Source of the DNA: an uncultured Bacilli bacterium | GTDB taxonomy: Bacteria > Bacillota_I > Bacilli_A > RFN20 > CAG-826 | Assembly (NCBI GenBank): GCA_944363535.1 | Contig: CALVUG010000001.1 | Span: 16,461 to 80,460 of the forward strand | DNA: 64,000 nucleotides | Direction of reading: 5' to 3' | Shown here: positions 38,615 to 48,567 of the stretch, one piece after another | Numbering within the stretch: the first letter of the stretch is position 1 | How the letters are laid out: each line of letters begins with the position of its first letter | Position numbers and translations under genes: made by a program | The notes under the pieces: model-generated | Told to the model about the DNA's origin: nothing | The model's input: only the letters and a program-made list of their open reading frames with translations | Database searches by the model: none

Positions 38615-39810
38615 AGATCTTCTCCTAAATAAATCTTATAAGCATCGCGAGCGATCATAATTTCTTCGTCGGTCGGAATGACGGCGACTTTGATCTTACT
38701 TTCTGGTTTGGAAATTATCACTTCTTTTCCGCGTGCGGTTTTATTTTTCTCTTCATCGATTTCGATACCTAAAGGTTCTTTTAAGGCTTTGCAGATGACG
38801 GAACGGATGTAAGGATCATTTTCCCCGATACCAGCGGAGAAGATGATCATATCGACGTGTCCGAGTCTTACGTAATATTGGCCGATGAAATCTAAAGTTC
38901 TTCTCGCGAATAAATCCATGGTAAGTTTAGCTCTTTCATCGCCTTCATCCATCGCTTTTAAGATGTCACGTGAATCGCTAGAGACGCCGCTTACGCCTTT
39001 TAAACCGCTTTCTTTATTTAATAATTTAAATACTTCGTCATTAGATAGACCACTCATCTTTTGGATGTAATAGTAGACGCTTGGATCGATGTCTCCGCTT
39101 CTCGTCCCCATCATGATGCCACCAAGTGGGGTTAAACCCATCGAAGTAGCGATAGATTTATTATCTTTAATCGCGGTGATAGAAGAGCCACTTCCTAAGT
39201 GACAAGTAATTAAATTTAGATGTTTTTGACCGAGCATTTTTTCCGCTTCGATAGCGAGGTAACGATGACTTGTGCCATGCGCTCCATAACGTCTTAAATC
39301 ATATTTTTCATAAAATTCGTAGGGGACGGGGAATAAGTAATCGACTGGAGCCATGCTCATATGGAAAGAAGTATCGAAGGTGACGGTCATCTTGACGTTA
39401 GGTAAAACTTCTTTAAAAGCTTTGATGCCGATGATGCTTGCCGGATTATGAAGTGGGCCAAGGGGGATGAGTTTAGCGATGATGTCGACGACTTCGTCAG
39501 TGACTAAAACGCTATGCTTAAAATATTTTCCACCTTGGACGATACGATGTCCAACAGCGATAATTTCATCGATATGTTTGACGACTTTCATCTCTAGTAA
39601 TTCTTTCAAAAGAATGTTGATTGCGACTTGATGGTCTTTAATTGGGGTGACGTAAGTTTTTTTCTCTTCCCCTTTTTTAAGAGTGAATATTGCGTCTTCA
39701 AAGCCGATTCTTTCGACGATACCAGAACAGATGACTTCTTCTTTTGGCATCTCGTAAAGTTTATATTTTAAACTTGATGAACCAGCGTTAACTGCCATAA
39801 CTTTTGCCAT
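38611..39810 (-). CDS. ackA: acetate kinase
   Basis: VNAGSSSLKYKLY N-terminus, HRIVQGG, CHLGSGSS, TSMGLTPLGG. Confidence 0.95.
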   Translation of the reverse strand: MAKVMAVNAGSSSLKYKLYEMPKEEVICSGIVERIGFEDAIFTLKKGEEKKTYVTPIKDHQVAINILLKELLEMKVVKHIDEIIAVGHRIVQGGKYFKHSVLVTDEVVDIIAKLIPLGPLHNPASIIGIKAFKEVLPNVKMTVTFDTSFHMSMAPVDYLFPVPYEFYEKYDLRRYGAHGTSHRYLAIEAEKMLGQKHLNLITCHLGSGSSITAIKDNKSIATSMGLTPLGGIMMGTRSGDIDPSVYYYIQKMSGLSNDEVFKLLNKESGLKGVSGVSSDSRDILKAMDEGDERAKLTMDLFARRTLDFIGQYYVRLGHVDMIIFSAGIGENDPYIRSVICKALKEPLGIEIDEEKNKTARGKEVIISKPESKIKVAVIPTDEEIMIARDAYKIYLGEDL

Positions 39811-40022
39811 GTGATGTTTTCTCCTTAATTGCTCTAAATTAATATAACGCCTACATTATAAGGAAAAAATATCAAAAAAGATATGCTTAAAGCATAATTA
39901 ACGTTTATTTATCTAATGTTTAAAATATGGGCGTGTGCACAAAATAATGATGACGTTTAGATGATAAAATGTTAAAATGCAACAAGGATGTGAAAAGACA
40001 TCCTAATAAGGATAATATATTT

Positions 40023-41915
40023 ATGGCATACGGATTACTTTACGACTTCCTCATGGGACAAACTATCGATGCATATCACTATTTTGGCGCACATTTCGAA
40101 GAAAGACAGTTTCAAGAAGTACACGTCGTTCCGACGAAAAACGGTAAGCCACGTACGACGAAGAAAGACACGATCGTCAAGGGCGTCATCTTTAGACTTT
40201 ACGCCCCGATGGCCACGGACGTGTCCGTCATCGGTGAATGGAACAATTGGGATCCACGCGTCCACAAGATGGAAAAGATCGATTCTTCTGGCGTCTATGA
40301 AATTTTTATTCCCAATCTAGAAAATTATCAATCTTACAAATTCCATTTTAAAAATGCACATGGTGAATACGTCGATAAAGCTGACCCTTTCGCTTTTCTA
40401 AGCGAATTACGTCCTGGAACTTGTTCTAGACTCTTCGATTATCGTAATTTTATTTGGCACGATGAAAGTTGGTTAAAATCACGTTCGAGAAACTTCGACG
40501 CTCCTTTATCAATTTATGAGATGCATCTTGGTTCTTGGGAAGGAAGAAGAGAAGGTCGCTACATGTCTTATGAAGAGATCGCAGATGATCTTATCCCTTA
40601 TCTAAGAGATTTAGGTTACACCCACATCGAATTAATGCCCGTCATCCAATATCCTTTCGAAGGTTCTTGGGGTTATCAAGGAACGGGCTTTTATAGTGCG
40701 GATTCGCGTTACGGTAATCCGATGCAACTCATGTCATTTATCGATCGTTTACATCAGGCTAACATTGGTGTCATCTTAGATTTCGCCCCGGTGCATTTTG
40801 CGACCGATTCATGGGCGTTAAGTGAATATGATGGTACTTGTCTATTCGAATATAGCGATGACCGTCGTTATTCGCAGTGGGGTTCTTGTCAATTCGATCT
40901 AGGAAAAGATCCAGTCCGTTCTTTCTTGATGTCTGCGATGAATTACTTCTTAGAAGTATTCCATTTCGATGGCATTAGAATCGACGCTGTGTCGAACATG
41001 GTCTATCACCAAGGTAACAAAGGCTTAGGAAGAAATGAAGAAGCCATCGAATTTTTGAAGAGGATGAACGGAAGAATTCATGATAGGCACGATAACGTCA
41101 TGATGATCGCTGAAGATAGCACCGATTTCCCTAACGTCACCAAATCGACTTGGTCAGGTGGTTTAGGTTTCGATTACAAGTGGGATTTAGGTTGGATGAA
41201 CGATACTTTAAAATATTATTCTAAAGACCCAATTTATCGTAAGTACGAACATAATACCTTAACTTTCTCCATGGCTTATTTTTATAGCGATAATTTCATG
41301 CTTCCTTTATCGCACGACGAAGTCGTGCACGGCAAAGGAACGATCATCAATAAGATTTATGGTAATTACGATGATAAATTCGCCCAGTTAAGAAATTTAT
41401 ATACTTATCAATTTGGTCATCCTGGAAAGAAACTAAACTTCATGGGTAACGAACTCGCGTCTTTCGACGAATGGAACGAAAATAAATCTTTACCGTGGAA
41501 TTTAAGAACTTTTCCTAAACATGACTCCATCGTCCGCTTAGTGAGAGATTTAAATTTAATTTATCGCTATGAATCTGCGATGCATTTTGAAGAATATAAT
41601 CCGTTCCATTTCCAATGGCTCATGGTCGATAACCACGATCAAAGCGTCTTCGCTTTCCAAAGACAAGTGGGTGATTCTTTGCTCGTCTTCGTCTACAACA
41701 TGACCCCGATGTTCTACGAAAATTATGATATTCCTTTGATGCAACCAGGGGTCTACGAAGAAATTTTTAACTCTGATAAGGATGTCTATGGTGGTTATAA
41801 CCAATACAATGGTTTACCTTTAACTTCGAGCGAATTTGGTCCGGAAGGTAAACCGCACAAAATGACGATTAAATTAGCCTCTTTTGGTGCTTGTATATTT
41901 AAAAAGATTAAATGA
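40023..41915 (+). CDS. glgB: 1,4-alpha-glucan branching enzyme
   Basis: GH13 motifs (GVILDFAPVHF, GIRIDAV, IAEDST, LSHDEVVHGK). Start moved to the ATG at 40023 behind the AAGGA SD; the track start 39969 looks over-extended. Confidence 0.9.
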   Translation: MAYGLLYDFLMGQTIDAYHYFGAHFEERQFQEVHVVPTKNGKPRTTKKDTIVKGVIFRLYAPMATDVSVIGEWNNWDPRVHKMEKIDSSGVYEIFIPNLENYQSYKFHFKNAHGEYVDKADPFAFLSELRPGTCSRLFDYRNFIWHDESWLKSRSRNFDAPLSIYEMHLGSWEGRREGRYMSYEEIADDLIPYLRDLGYTHIELMPVIQYPFEGSWGYQGTGFYSADSRYGNPMQLMSFIDRLHQANIGVILDFAPVHFATDSWALSEYDGTCLFEYSDDRRYSQWGSCQFDLGKDPVRSFLMSAMNYFLEVFHFDGIRIDAVSNMVYHQGNKGLGRNEEAIEFLKRMNGRIHDRHDNVMMIAEDSTDFPNVTKSTWSGGLGFDYKWDLGWMNDTLKYYSKDPIYRKYEHNTLTFSMAYFYSDNFMLPLSHDEVVHGKGTIINKIYGNYDDKFAQLRNLYTYQFGHPGKKLNFMGNELASFDEWNENKSLPWNLRTFPKHDSIVRLVRDLNLIYRYESAMHFEEYNPFHFQWLMVDNHDQSVFAFQRQVGDSLLVFVYNMTPMFYENYDIPLMQPGVYEEIFNSDKDVYGGYNQYNGLPLTSSEFGPEGKPHKMTIKLASFGACIFKKIK

Positions 41916-41931
41916 AAGGATTAAACAAAAT

Positions 41932-44376
41932 ATGTTCAGCAACAAACTTGAATTTAAGCAAGAATTCGAACGTCGCTTATCGGAAAAATATGGTAAAGGC
42001 GTCAGCGATTCGCACATCACCGAACGTTATAACATCCTCGGTGAGATGGTAAGAGATTACGCCGGTTACAACTGGAGGTCGACAAGAGAAGCTATCTTAG
42101 CGAATAAACCGAAACAACTAATCTATTTTTCGATGGAATTTTTAATCGGTCGTCTCCTCGTCAATAACTTGATGAATCTCGGCATCTATTCCGTCGTAAA
42201 AGAAGGTCTTCGTGATCTTGGCATCGATATCCACGAATTAGAAGAGCAAGAATCGGATGCAGGTCTTGGCAACGGTGGCTTAGGAAGACTTGCCGCTTGC
42301 TTCATGGATTCGATTGCGACTTTAGGTTATCCAGGTCACGGAAACTGCATCCGTTACGAATATGGTTTCTTCAAGCAAAAACTCATCGACGGTAAACAAG
42401 TCGAATTACCGGACGTTTGGCTAACGAATGGGAACGTATGGGAAGTAAGGAAACCAAAACACGCGGTAGAAGTTAAATTCTACGGGAACGCAGAAACTTA
42501 TCTTAAGCCAAATGGCGAATATGCTTCGCGTACCGTTAACGCAATATGCGTTAAAGCGGTGCCATATGACGTCTCCATCGTCGGTTATCGTAACGGGGTA
42601 GCAAATACGCTTCGTCTTTGGAGTGCAGAACCTAGCGAAAATAATTTACCGACGAATCAATCTTTCTCCGAATATCTACGTACTTTAAAAGAATTATGTC
42701 ATGGTCTATATCCTGATGATTCGACCGAAGAAGGAAGAATCTTAAGATTACGTCAACAATATTTCCTCGTCAGTGCGGGTTTACAAAGTGCGATGAGAGG
42801 ACATATGGGAAGATATAAAACGTTAAAAGATTTCGCTGATTGTTACGTCTTCCAACTTAACGATACGCATCCTATCTTAGCCATTCCAGAAATGATGCGC
42901 TTACTCATGGATGAATATGGTTTTGGTTGGGATGATGCTTGGAAACAAGTGACGAGATGTATCGCCTTTACTTCGCACACGATCATGCCGGAAGCTTTAG
43001 AGAAGTGGCCGATTCATTACGTACAAAAACTTTTCCCTCGTATCTTTATGATCATCGAAGAAATTAACCGCCGTTTCATTCTTGAAATGAATGAAAAACA
43101 AGTTTCAGAAGATAAGAAGCGTAATATGATGATCATTAAAGACGGTCTAATTTATATGGCTAACATCGCAAATTACGCCTGCTTTAGCGTAAATGGTGTC
43201 GCGCCATTACATACGGAAATTTTAAAGAAGAATACTTTTAAAGAATTCTACGAATTATATCCGAAGAAATTTAACAATAAGACGAATGGCGTCACCCATC
43301 GTCGTTGGTTACTTTACGCGAATCCACAACTGGCTAAACTCATCACTTCTAAAATTGGTGATGAATGGATTAAAGATATGGACCAAATTAGTGAATTTGC
43401 GAAGTTTGCGGATGATAAAGATGTAGAAAATCACGTCATGAAAATCAAACGTGCGAACAAAGAAAAATTCATCAAATACATCGAATCTTACTATAAATCT
43501 TTCAATCTCAAAGTCAATCCAGATTCCATCTTCGATGTGCAAATTAAGCGTTTACACGCTTATAAGCGTCAACTTATGAACGTCTTCCACATCATGTATC
43601 TCTATCAAAGATTAAAAGATGATCCTAATTTCAAGATTCATCCACGTACTTTCATCTTCGGGGCGAAAGCGGCACCGAGTTACGAATACGCAAAGAAGAT
43701 CATCGAACTTATCTTAGCGGTCGCTAAAGTGGTCGATGAAGATCCTTACGTCTCCAAATTTATCAAAGTCATCTTCTTAGAAAACTACAGCGTCACCTTA
43801 GCGGAACTAACTATTCCTGCCGCGGATGTGAGCGAACAAATCTCTTTAGCGGGTAAGGAAGCTAGCGGTACTTCGAACATGAAATTTATGATGAATGGGG
43901 CCGTGACATTAGGAACCTTAGATGGGGCCAATATCGACATTGCTCAAAGAGCAGGTGAAGGTAATAGCGTCATCTTTGGCTTAAAAGAAGAAGAAGTGGA
44001 AGATATTAAATTCCGTGGCGCCTATAATCCATGGGACGTCTACAATTCTGATTCCCGCGTCAAAAACATCATCGATTCACTTTTCACCGGCCCATGGGCG
44101 GAAGATGATCCGAACAAATTTAGACAAATTTTCGATGAGATTATGAACCGCAATGACGAATTTATGAACTTGCTCGATTTTGCAAGTTACGTCAAAGCGC
44201 AAGAAGAGATCGAAAAACTTTACGAAGATAAAGAGAAGTGGGCGAAGATGTGCATCTATAACATCGCTGGGTCTGGTTTCTTCTCAAGCGACCGAACGAT
44301 CGAACAATATAACCGTGACATCTGGAAGATGAAAAAGATTACCGCTTCTAAAACATTTAAGGAATTCGATGATTAA
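41932..44376 (+). CDS. glgP: glycogen/maltodextrin phosphorylase
   Basis: GNGGLGRLAACF, PLP-lysine region EASGTSNMKFMMNG. Start at ATG 41932, after the glgB stop and an AAAGGA SD. Confidence 0.93.
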   Translation: MFSNKLEFKQEFERRLSEKYGKGVSDSHITERYNILGEMVRDYAGYNWRSTREAILANKPKQLIYFSMEFLIGRLLVNNLMNLGIYSVVKEGLRDLGIDIHELEEQESDAGLGNGGLGRLAACFMDSIATLGYPGHGNCIRYEYGFFKQKLIDGKQVELPDVWLTNGNVWEVRKPKHAVEVKFYGNAETYLKPNGEYASRTVNAICVKAVPYDVSIVGYRNGVANTLRLWSAEPSENNLPTNQSFSEYLRTLKELCHGLYPDDSTEEGRILRLRQQYFLVSAGLQSAMRGHMGRYKTLKDFADCYVFQLNDTHPILAIPEMMRLLMDEYGFGWDDAWKQVTRCIAFTSHTIMPEALEKWPIHYVQKLFPRIFMIIEEINRRFILEMNEKQVSEDKKRNMMIIKDGLIYMANIANYACFSVNGVAPLHTEILKKNTFKEFYELYPKKFNNKTNGVTHRRWLLYANPQLAKLITSKIGDEWIKDMDQISEFAKFADDKDVENHVMKIKRANKEKFIKYIESYYKSFNLKVNPDSIFDVQIKRLHAYKRQLMNVFHIMYLYQRLKDDPNFKIHPRTFIFGAKAAPSYEYAKKIIELILAVAKVVDEDPYVSKFIKVIFLENYSVTLAELTIPAADVSEQISLAGKEASGTSNMKFMMNGAVTLGTLDGANIDIAQRAGEGNSVIFGLKEEEVEDIKFRGAYNPWDVYNSDSRVKNIIDSLFTGPWAEDDPNKFRQIFDEIMNRNDEFMNLLDFASYVKAQEEIEKLYEDKEKWAKMCIYNIAGSGFFSSDRTIEQYNRDIWKMKKITASKTFKEFDD

Positions 44377-44860
44377 TTTAGTAGAACTTTTTGCAAAGCA
44401 AAAAGAATTGGATTTAAGTATCGCTAAAAAGCGCGGTGTTGGTTTAGAAGAAACACTTAACGAACGCGCTTTAGCGTTCCTAGTTGAGCTTGGCGAACTC
44501 GCAAACGAGACGAGATGTTTTAAATATTGGTCATCGAAAGGTCCTTCCCCCAAAGAAAGAATCTTAGATGAATATGCGGATGGTTTACATTTCCTATTAA
44601 GTATTGGAAATATCATCCATACATCCTTTTATCGTTATGAAGACCTAGAAACGTTAAATAGAAGCGCGACTGAGATGTTTCTTACAACTTATCATTCCTT
44701 TACTACTTTTGTTGCAAATGGTTACGATAAGTTATATATTAAAGCCTTCCAAGATTTTTTAATTCTTGGAAAGGTCTTAAATCTAAGCGAAGAAGAAATT
44801 ACTTCCGCTTACTTACATAAGCTTGCTATCAATTATGAAAGGCAAGAAAATAATTATTAA
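44369..44860 (+). CDS. all-alpha dimeric dUTPase-like NTP pyrophosphatase
   Basis: Pattern ELGELANE..FKYW and DEYADGLHFLLSIG resembles the dimeric dUTPase (dUTPase_2) family. ATGATTAA overlap with the glgP stop. Confidence 0.55.
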   Translation: MINLVELFAKQKELDLSIAKKRGVGLEETLNERALAFLVELGELANETRCFKYWSSKGPSPKERILDEYADGLHFLLSIGNIIHTSFYRYEDLETLNRSATEMFLTTYHSFTTFVANGYDKLYIKAFQDFLILGKVLNLSEEEITSAYLHKLAINYERQENNY

Positions 44861-44883
44861 TAATTAAAAGAGAGGAGAAAAAG

Positions 44884-45963
44884 ATGAACAAACAACAAAG
44901 ACTAACCTTTTTAAAGAACATTTCTGAAGTTGAAGGTATTTCTGGAAACGAACAAGAAGTGGCTAAACTCGTCAAAAAAGAATTAGAAGGCGCGGCTGAT
45001 CACTTCGAATACGATAATCTTGGTTCCATCATCGCTTATCAAAAAGGTGAAGAAGGGGAACCGACCGTCTTAATTTGCGGTCATATGGATGAAGTAGGCT
45101 TTTTAGTCTCACGTATCGAAGATAGTGGCTTACTTAGACTTGCTCCAATCGGAGGCTGGTGGAATCACGTCATCTTAGCGGAAATTATGACCGTTAAGAC
45201 AAGAGATGGTAAAAAATATACTGGTGTCATCGGGGCTCAACCTCCACACGGCATGAGTGCGGAACAAAGAAGTAAAGTTCTACCAACGTCTGACCTTTAT
45301 TTAGATATGGGTGTCAAAGGTAAAAAAGATATCGAAAAATTAGGCATTAAAGTTGGCGATACCGTCACTCCTTACACCGAATTTAGAGTTTTAAATGATG
45401 GCGATACTTTGCTAGGCAAAGCTTGGGACGATAGAAGTGGTCTTGCTATTGCGATGGAGACGATGCTCGCTTTAAAAGATACGCCGCACAAAGCTAATTT
45501 AGTCGTGGCTGGAACGGTGCAAGAAGAAGTGGGCTTAAGAGGGGCAAAAACAGCTTCTTATCACGTTCATCCTGACATCGCTTTTGCCACGGATGTAACT
45601 TTAAGTTACGATTTACCAAATTCACCTAACAATCCCACTAAACTTGGTAGCGGCGTCGCTTTATCGATCATGGACCGTAGCGTCATCGCTCATCGTGGTT
45701 TATTCGACTTCGTCGAAGAAATCGCTAAGAAACATAATATTAAATATACTTATGACCTTCTTGAAGCGGGCGGAACGGACGCTGGTAACATCCATCTAAA
45801 TTACGATGGTATCATCACTATGACCATCTCTTTACCTTGTAGATATTTCCATTCACATGTCTCTTTAATTAGTTATGAAGACTACATGAACGCGGTCAAT
45901 TTGATGGTTGAAGTAGTCAAAGCAATCGATAAGGAAACGCTCAAGAAATTAAGAGAACGTTAA
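44884..45963 (+). CDS. M42 family aminopeptidase (paralog 2)
   Basis: GHMDEVGF, VQEEVGLRGA, GGTDAG. Paralog of 6065-7156. Confidence 0.85.
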   Translation: MNKQQRLTFLKNISEVEGISGNEQEVAKLVKKELEGAADHFEYDNLGSIIAYQKGEEGEPTVLICGHMDEVGFLVSRIEDSGLLRLAPIGGWWNHVILAEIMTVKTRDGKKYTGVIGAQPPHGMSAEQRSKVLPTSDLYLDMGVKGKKDIEKLGIKVGDTVTPYTEFRVLNDGDTLLGKAWDDRSGLAIAMETMLALKDTPHKANLVVAGTVQEEVGLRGAKTASYHVHPDIAFATDVTLSYDLPNSPNNPTKLGSGVALSIMDRSVIAHRGLFDFVEEIAKKHNIKYTYDLLEAGGTDAGNIHLNYDGIITMTISLPCRYFHSHVSLISYEDYMNAVNLMVEVVKAIDKETLKKLRER

Positions 45964-46004
45964 TTTAAGCAAGTTAAATTAGATGAAAAAAATGGGCTAG
46001 TTCG

Positions 46005-46454
46005 CTAGTCCATTTTTAATAACTCTTCAATTTCTAATTCGCTAAATATTTTGATATCTAATTTCTTTTTTAATAACTCAGTAAATATCCCTTCCCTAGG
46101 AATTAAAGTTTTAGTGAACGTTCCATCATAAATTTGATGGACCCCGCACGATGGACTCTTTTCTTTAAGTAAAGCGTAAGTGACCTCGTTTTCTAAGGCG
46201 ATATTTAAAGCGCGGAACGCCCCTAAGTGAAAGAAACGCGTAACGTCTTTTTGATCGCTTCTTATCACTTTATCTTCTTTCCTTTCATTGCTTAATCTAG
46301 GAGTGGATAAACCTCCCATCACTTCAGGGCAAATAGGGATGAGAATAAATTTATTTTTGAGGGCTTCTAAGACACTTAAATCTAAGCCTTTAGACTTACC
46401 ATCATAGCGACACGCTTCTCCTAATAAACAAGCAGAAATTAGTAACTTTTTCAT
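46005..46454 (-). CDS. DUF523 family protein (TudS-like Fe-S protein)
   Basis: Cys pattern SACLLGEACRYDG...CPEVMGGL...SPSCG typical of DUF523. Confidence 0.7.
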   Translation of the reverse strand: MKKLLISACLLGEACRYDGKSKGLDLSVLEALKNKFILIPICPEVMGGLSTPRLSNERKEDKVIRSDQKDVTRFFHLGAFRALNIALENEVTYALLKEKSPSCGVHQIYDGTFTKTLIPREGIFTELLKKKLDIKIFSELEIEELLKMD

Positions 46455-46629
46455 ATTTAAAATTATCGCTAAGGAGGGGTTAAGAAGTAAATAATTTTTA
46501 TTTTATAAATAATGATATTCGTTAATCTAGTATTAAATTAGTAATTATCTAGTTAAAAGTTTAATATTTCATCCATCATCGTTTATTTCTTTATAGCAAC
46601 GTTAAGACAATTAAATTAAAATTATTACT

Positions 46630-47232
46630 ATGAAAAAATCACTAACTTATGAAGTTGATAATGTTACTTACGAAGTGGAAGTAACTTACAAAAGAATTAA
46701 AAGACTTTATTTAACTTTTAAAGGCGATAAATTTATTTTTAGAGTGCCATATTTCACTAGCGAGAAAACGTTAAGAAATATGCTTGATAAATACGCAAGA
46801 AAACTTTTAAAAAGGGCAAGCGTTACCCCAGCGTGGGGAAATGATTACGTCTACGTCTTTGGCGAAAAAGAAACTTTAAAAGAAGGTTACGATCAAAAGA
46901 TTATTAAAGAGGAATTAAAAGAAAGTTTATATAAGTATTGCTTAAAAAGATTAAGAGAAATAGAAGTGGAGATGAATATCTCTTTACCTTATAAACTAAA
47001 AATTAAAGACGTCAAATCGAAGTTTGGCTCTAATTCGAAAGCGACGCATACAATTGTCATCGCTTTAAATATGGTCCATTTTTCTTATCCTATCATCGAT
47101 AGTGTCATCTATCATGAGCTCGCTCATCACTTCCATTTCGATCATTCGAAAGCTTTCTATCGAACTTTATTAACGTATTGTCCAAATTACTACACGTATC
47201 GTAAAATGTGTATACGAAGGATTTATCGATGA
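46630..47232 (+). CDS. YgjP/DUF45-type metal-dependent hydrolase
   Basis: C-terminal HELAHH zinc motif in a ~200-aa basic protein. Confidence 0.65.
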   Translation: MKKSLTYEVDNVTYEVEVTYKRIKRLYLTFKGDKFIFRVPYFTSEKTLRNMLDKYARKLLKRASVTPAWGNDYVYVFGEKETLKEGYDQKIIKEELKESLYKYCLKRLREIEVEMNISLPYKLKIKDVKSKFGSNSKATHTIVIALNMVHFSYPIIDSVIYHELAHHFHFDHSKAFYRTLLTYCPNYYTYRKMCIRRIYR

Positions 47233-47972
47233 AACCATTAGTCATTACCTCTAGACAAAATGAACATATTAAATATCTTAAAAAGATCAAAGAAGGTAAG
47301 GGTGAAGATTACCTTACTTTAGTAAGTGGCTTAAATTCTATTAGGATGGCTTATGAAGCCGGTTACGTCAAAGAAATAATTTCTACTTATCTAGTAGAAG
47401 GATTTAAGGATGTAAAAATTACTTTAGTAAATGAAGATATTTTAAAACTATTATCTAATCACGTCTCACCAAGTGGCGTCATCGCCTTAGTGGAACTTAA
47501 ACAAAAAGAAATTGATGAAGAGAATGAAAATATCGTCTTACTTGATAACGTTCAAGACCCAGGAAATGTTGGAACAATTTATCGTTCCGCTTTAGCGTTC
47601 AACTTTAAATATGTCTATTCATATGGTGAAACGGCAAGTTGGTCAAATAATAAGACATTACAAGCTTCCGAAGGAGCGTTATTTCATCTTAACTTTAAAA
47701 AAGTTAATTTAGACAAAATTAAAGAATTAATTAAGAAAGGTTATCAGTTAATCGTTACGACTTTAAGTAAAGATTCAATATTTTTAGAAGATGCTTTAGA
47801 TAAGATTAAAAAACCTTACATCATCGTCTTTTCTAATGAAGGGCATGGAGTGAATGATGAATTATTAACTTTAGCGAGCCTTAAAATTAAAATTCCGATA
47901 CAAAATATCGACTCATTAAATGTCGCTAGTAGCGCCGCTATTATTTTGTATTACTTTTCTCATTTGAACTAA
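47229..47972 (+). CDS. TrmH/SpoU family RNA 2'-O-methyltransferase
   Basis: LLDNVQDPGNVGTIYRSALAF, SNEGHGV, IPI...DSLNVASSAAIILY. ATGA overlap with the upstream stop. Sits upstream of pheS like Bacillus ysgA. Confidence 0.8.
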   Translation: MKPLVITSRQNEHIKYLKKIKEGKGEDYLTLVSGLNSIRMAYEAGYVKEIISTYLVEGFKDVKITLVNEDILKLLSNHVSPSGVIALVELKQKEIDEENENIVLLDNVQDPGNVGTIYRSALAFNFKYVYSYGETASWSNNKTLQASEGALFHLNFKKVNLDKIKELIKKGYQLIVTTLSKDSIFLEDALDKIKKPYIIVFSNEGHGVNDELLTLASLKIKIPIQNIDSLNVASSAAIILYYFSHLN

Positions 47973-48324
47973 TGTAGTTCACTAAGATGATAGAAATGGT
48001 ATATTAGTCGGAGAAAAGATGCTTTTAAACAACATACTAGAGATCATCATTTTATTAAAAGAATTAAAAGCGAATGACATTCAATTTGAAATTAGTCCAA
48101 CGTTCAATTATGAAATATAGTCACGGCTTTGACTTTAAATTATAAAAAACGCTACAGCGTGAAATAGAATGAGAAAGACTAATTTTTAGTCGCTTTTTCA
48201 GTTCTTCAAACGTTCGATTATATCGAACATATCTATTAAAAGAAGATGCAAATAGGGGTTTTATTCTCTTTTTTAAATAACTTATTATCTTTACAAAAAG
48301 ATTTTAATCTTTCATAATTTAATT

Positions 48325-48550
48325 GCGTCGAAAGAGAAGTAGTAACTAGATTCCTTCTTTTTTAGGGATAGATGGCAAAGTGAAAACATCTAATTAGAAG
48401 CCTAGTGAATTCAGCTCTGAGCAAGAATGTTATAAAAAGCATTCCGTCTCCCGCGTTAAGGGAAAAGAGGCATATTAGATAAATATGTGAATTAAGGTGG
48501 TACCGCGGAATGATCATTTCGCCCTTTGGCATCATCTTTTATTTTTTAAA
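48325..48550 (+). promoter_or_regulatory. T-box leader (Phe) of pheST
   Basis: AGAGA/AGTA elements at 48331-48345. Candidate specifier TTC followed by A (48410-48412). T-box core AAGGTGGTACCGCG at 48494-48507. T-run before the SD. Candidate promoter TTTACA-17-CATAAT at 48290-48318. Confidence 0.85.
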
Positions 48551-48567
48551 GAGTAGTGGAGGAATTT

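Noticed and set aside
39870-39900. Near-palindrome ATGCTTAAAGCAT between ackA and glgB as a possible CcpA cre site
   Set aside because: It lacks the central CG and the TGWAANCGNTNWCA pattern. Short AT-rich palindromes are expected by chance here.
45990-46020. Imperfect hairpin TGGGCTAG-TTCG-CTAGTCCA between the M42 gene and the convergent DUF523 gene as a bidirectional terminator
   Set aside because: The stem has a bulge and overlaps the DUF523 stop codon. It is plausible but too weak to list as a feature.
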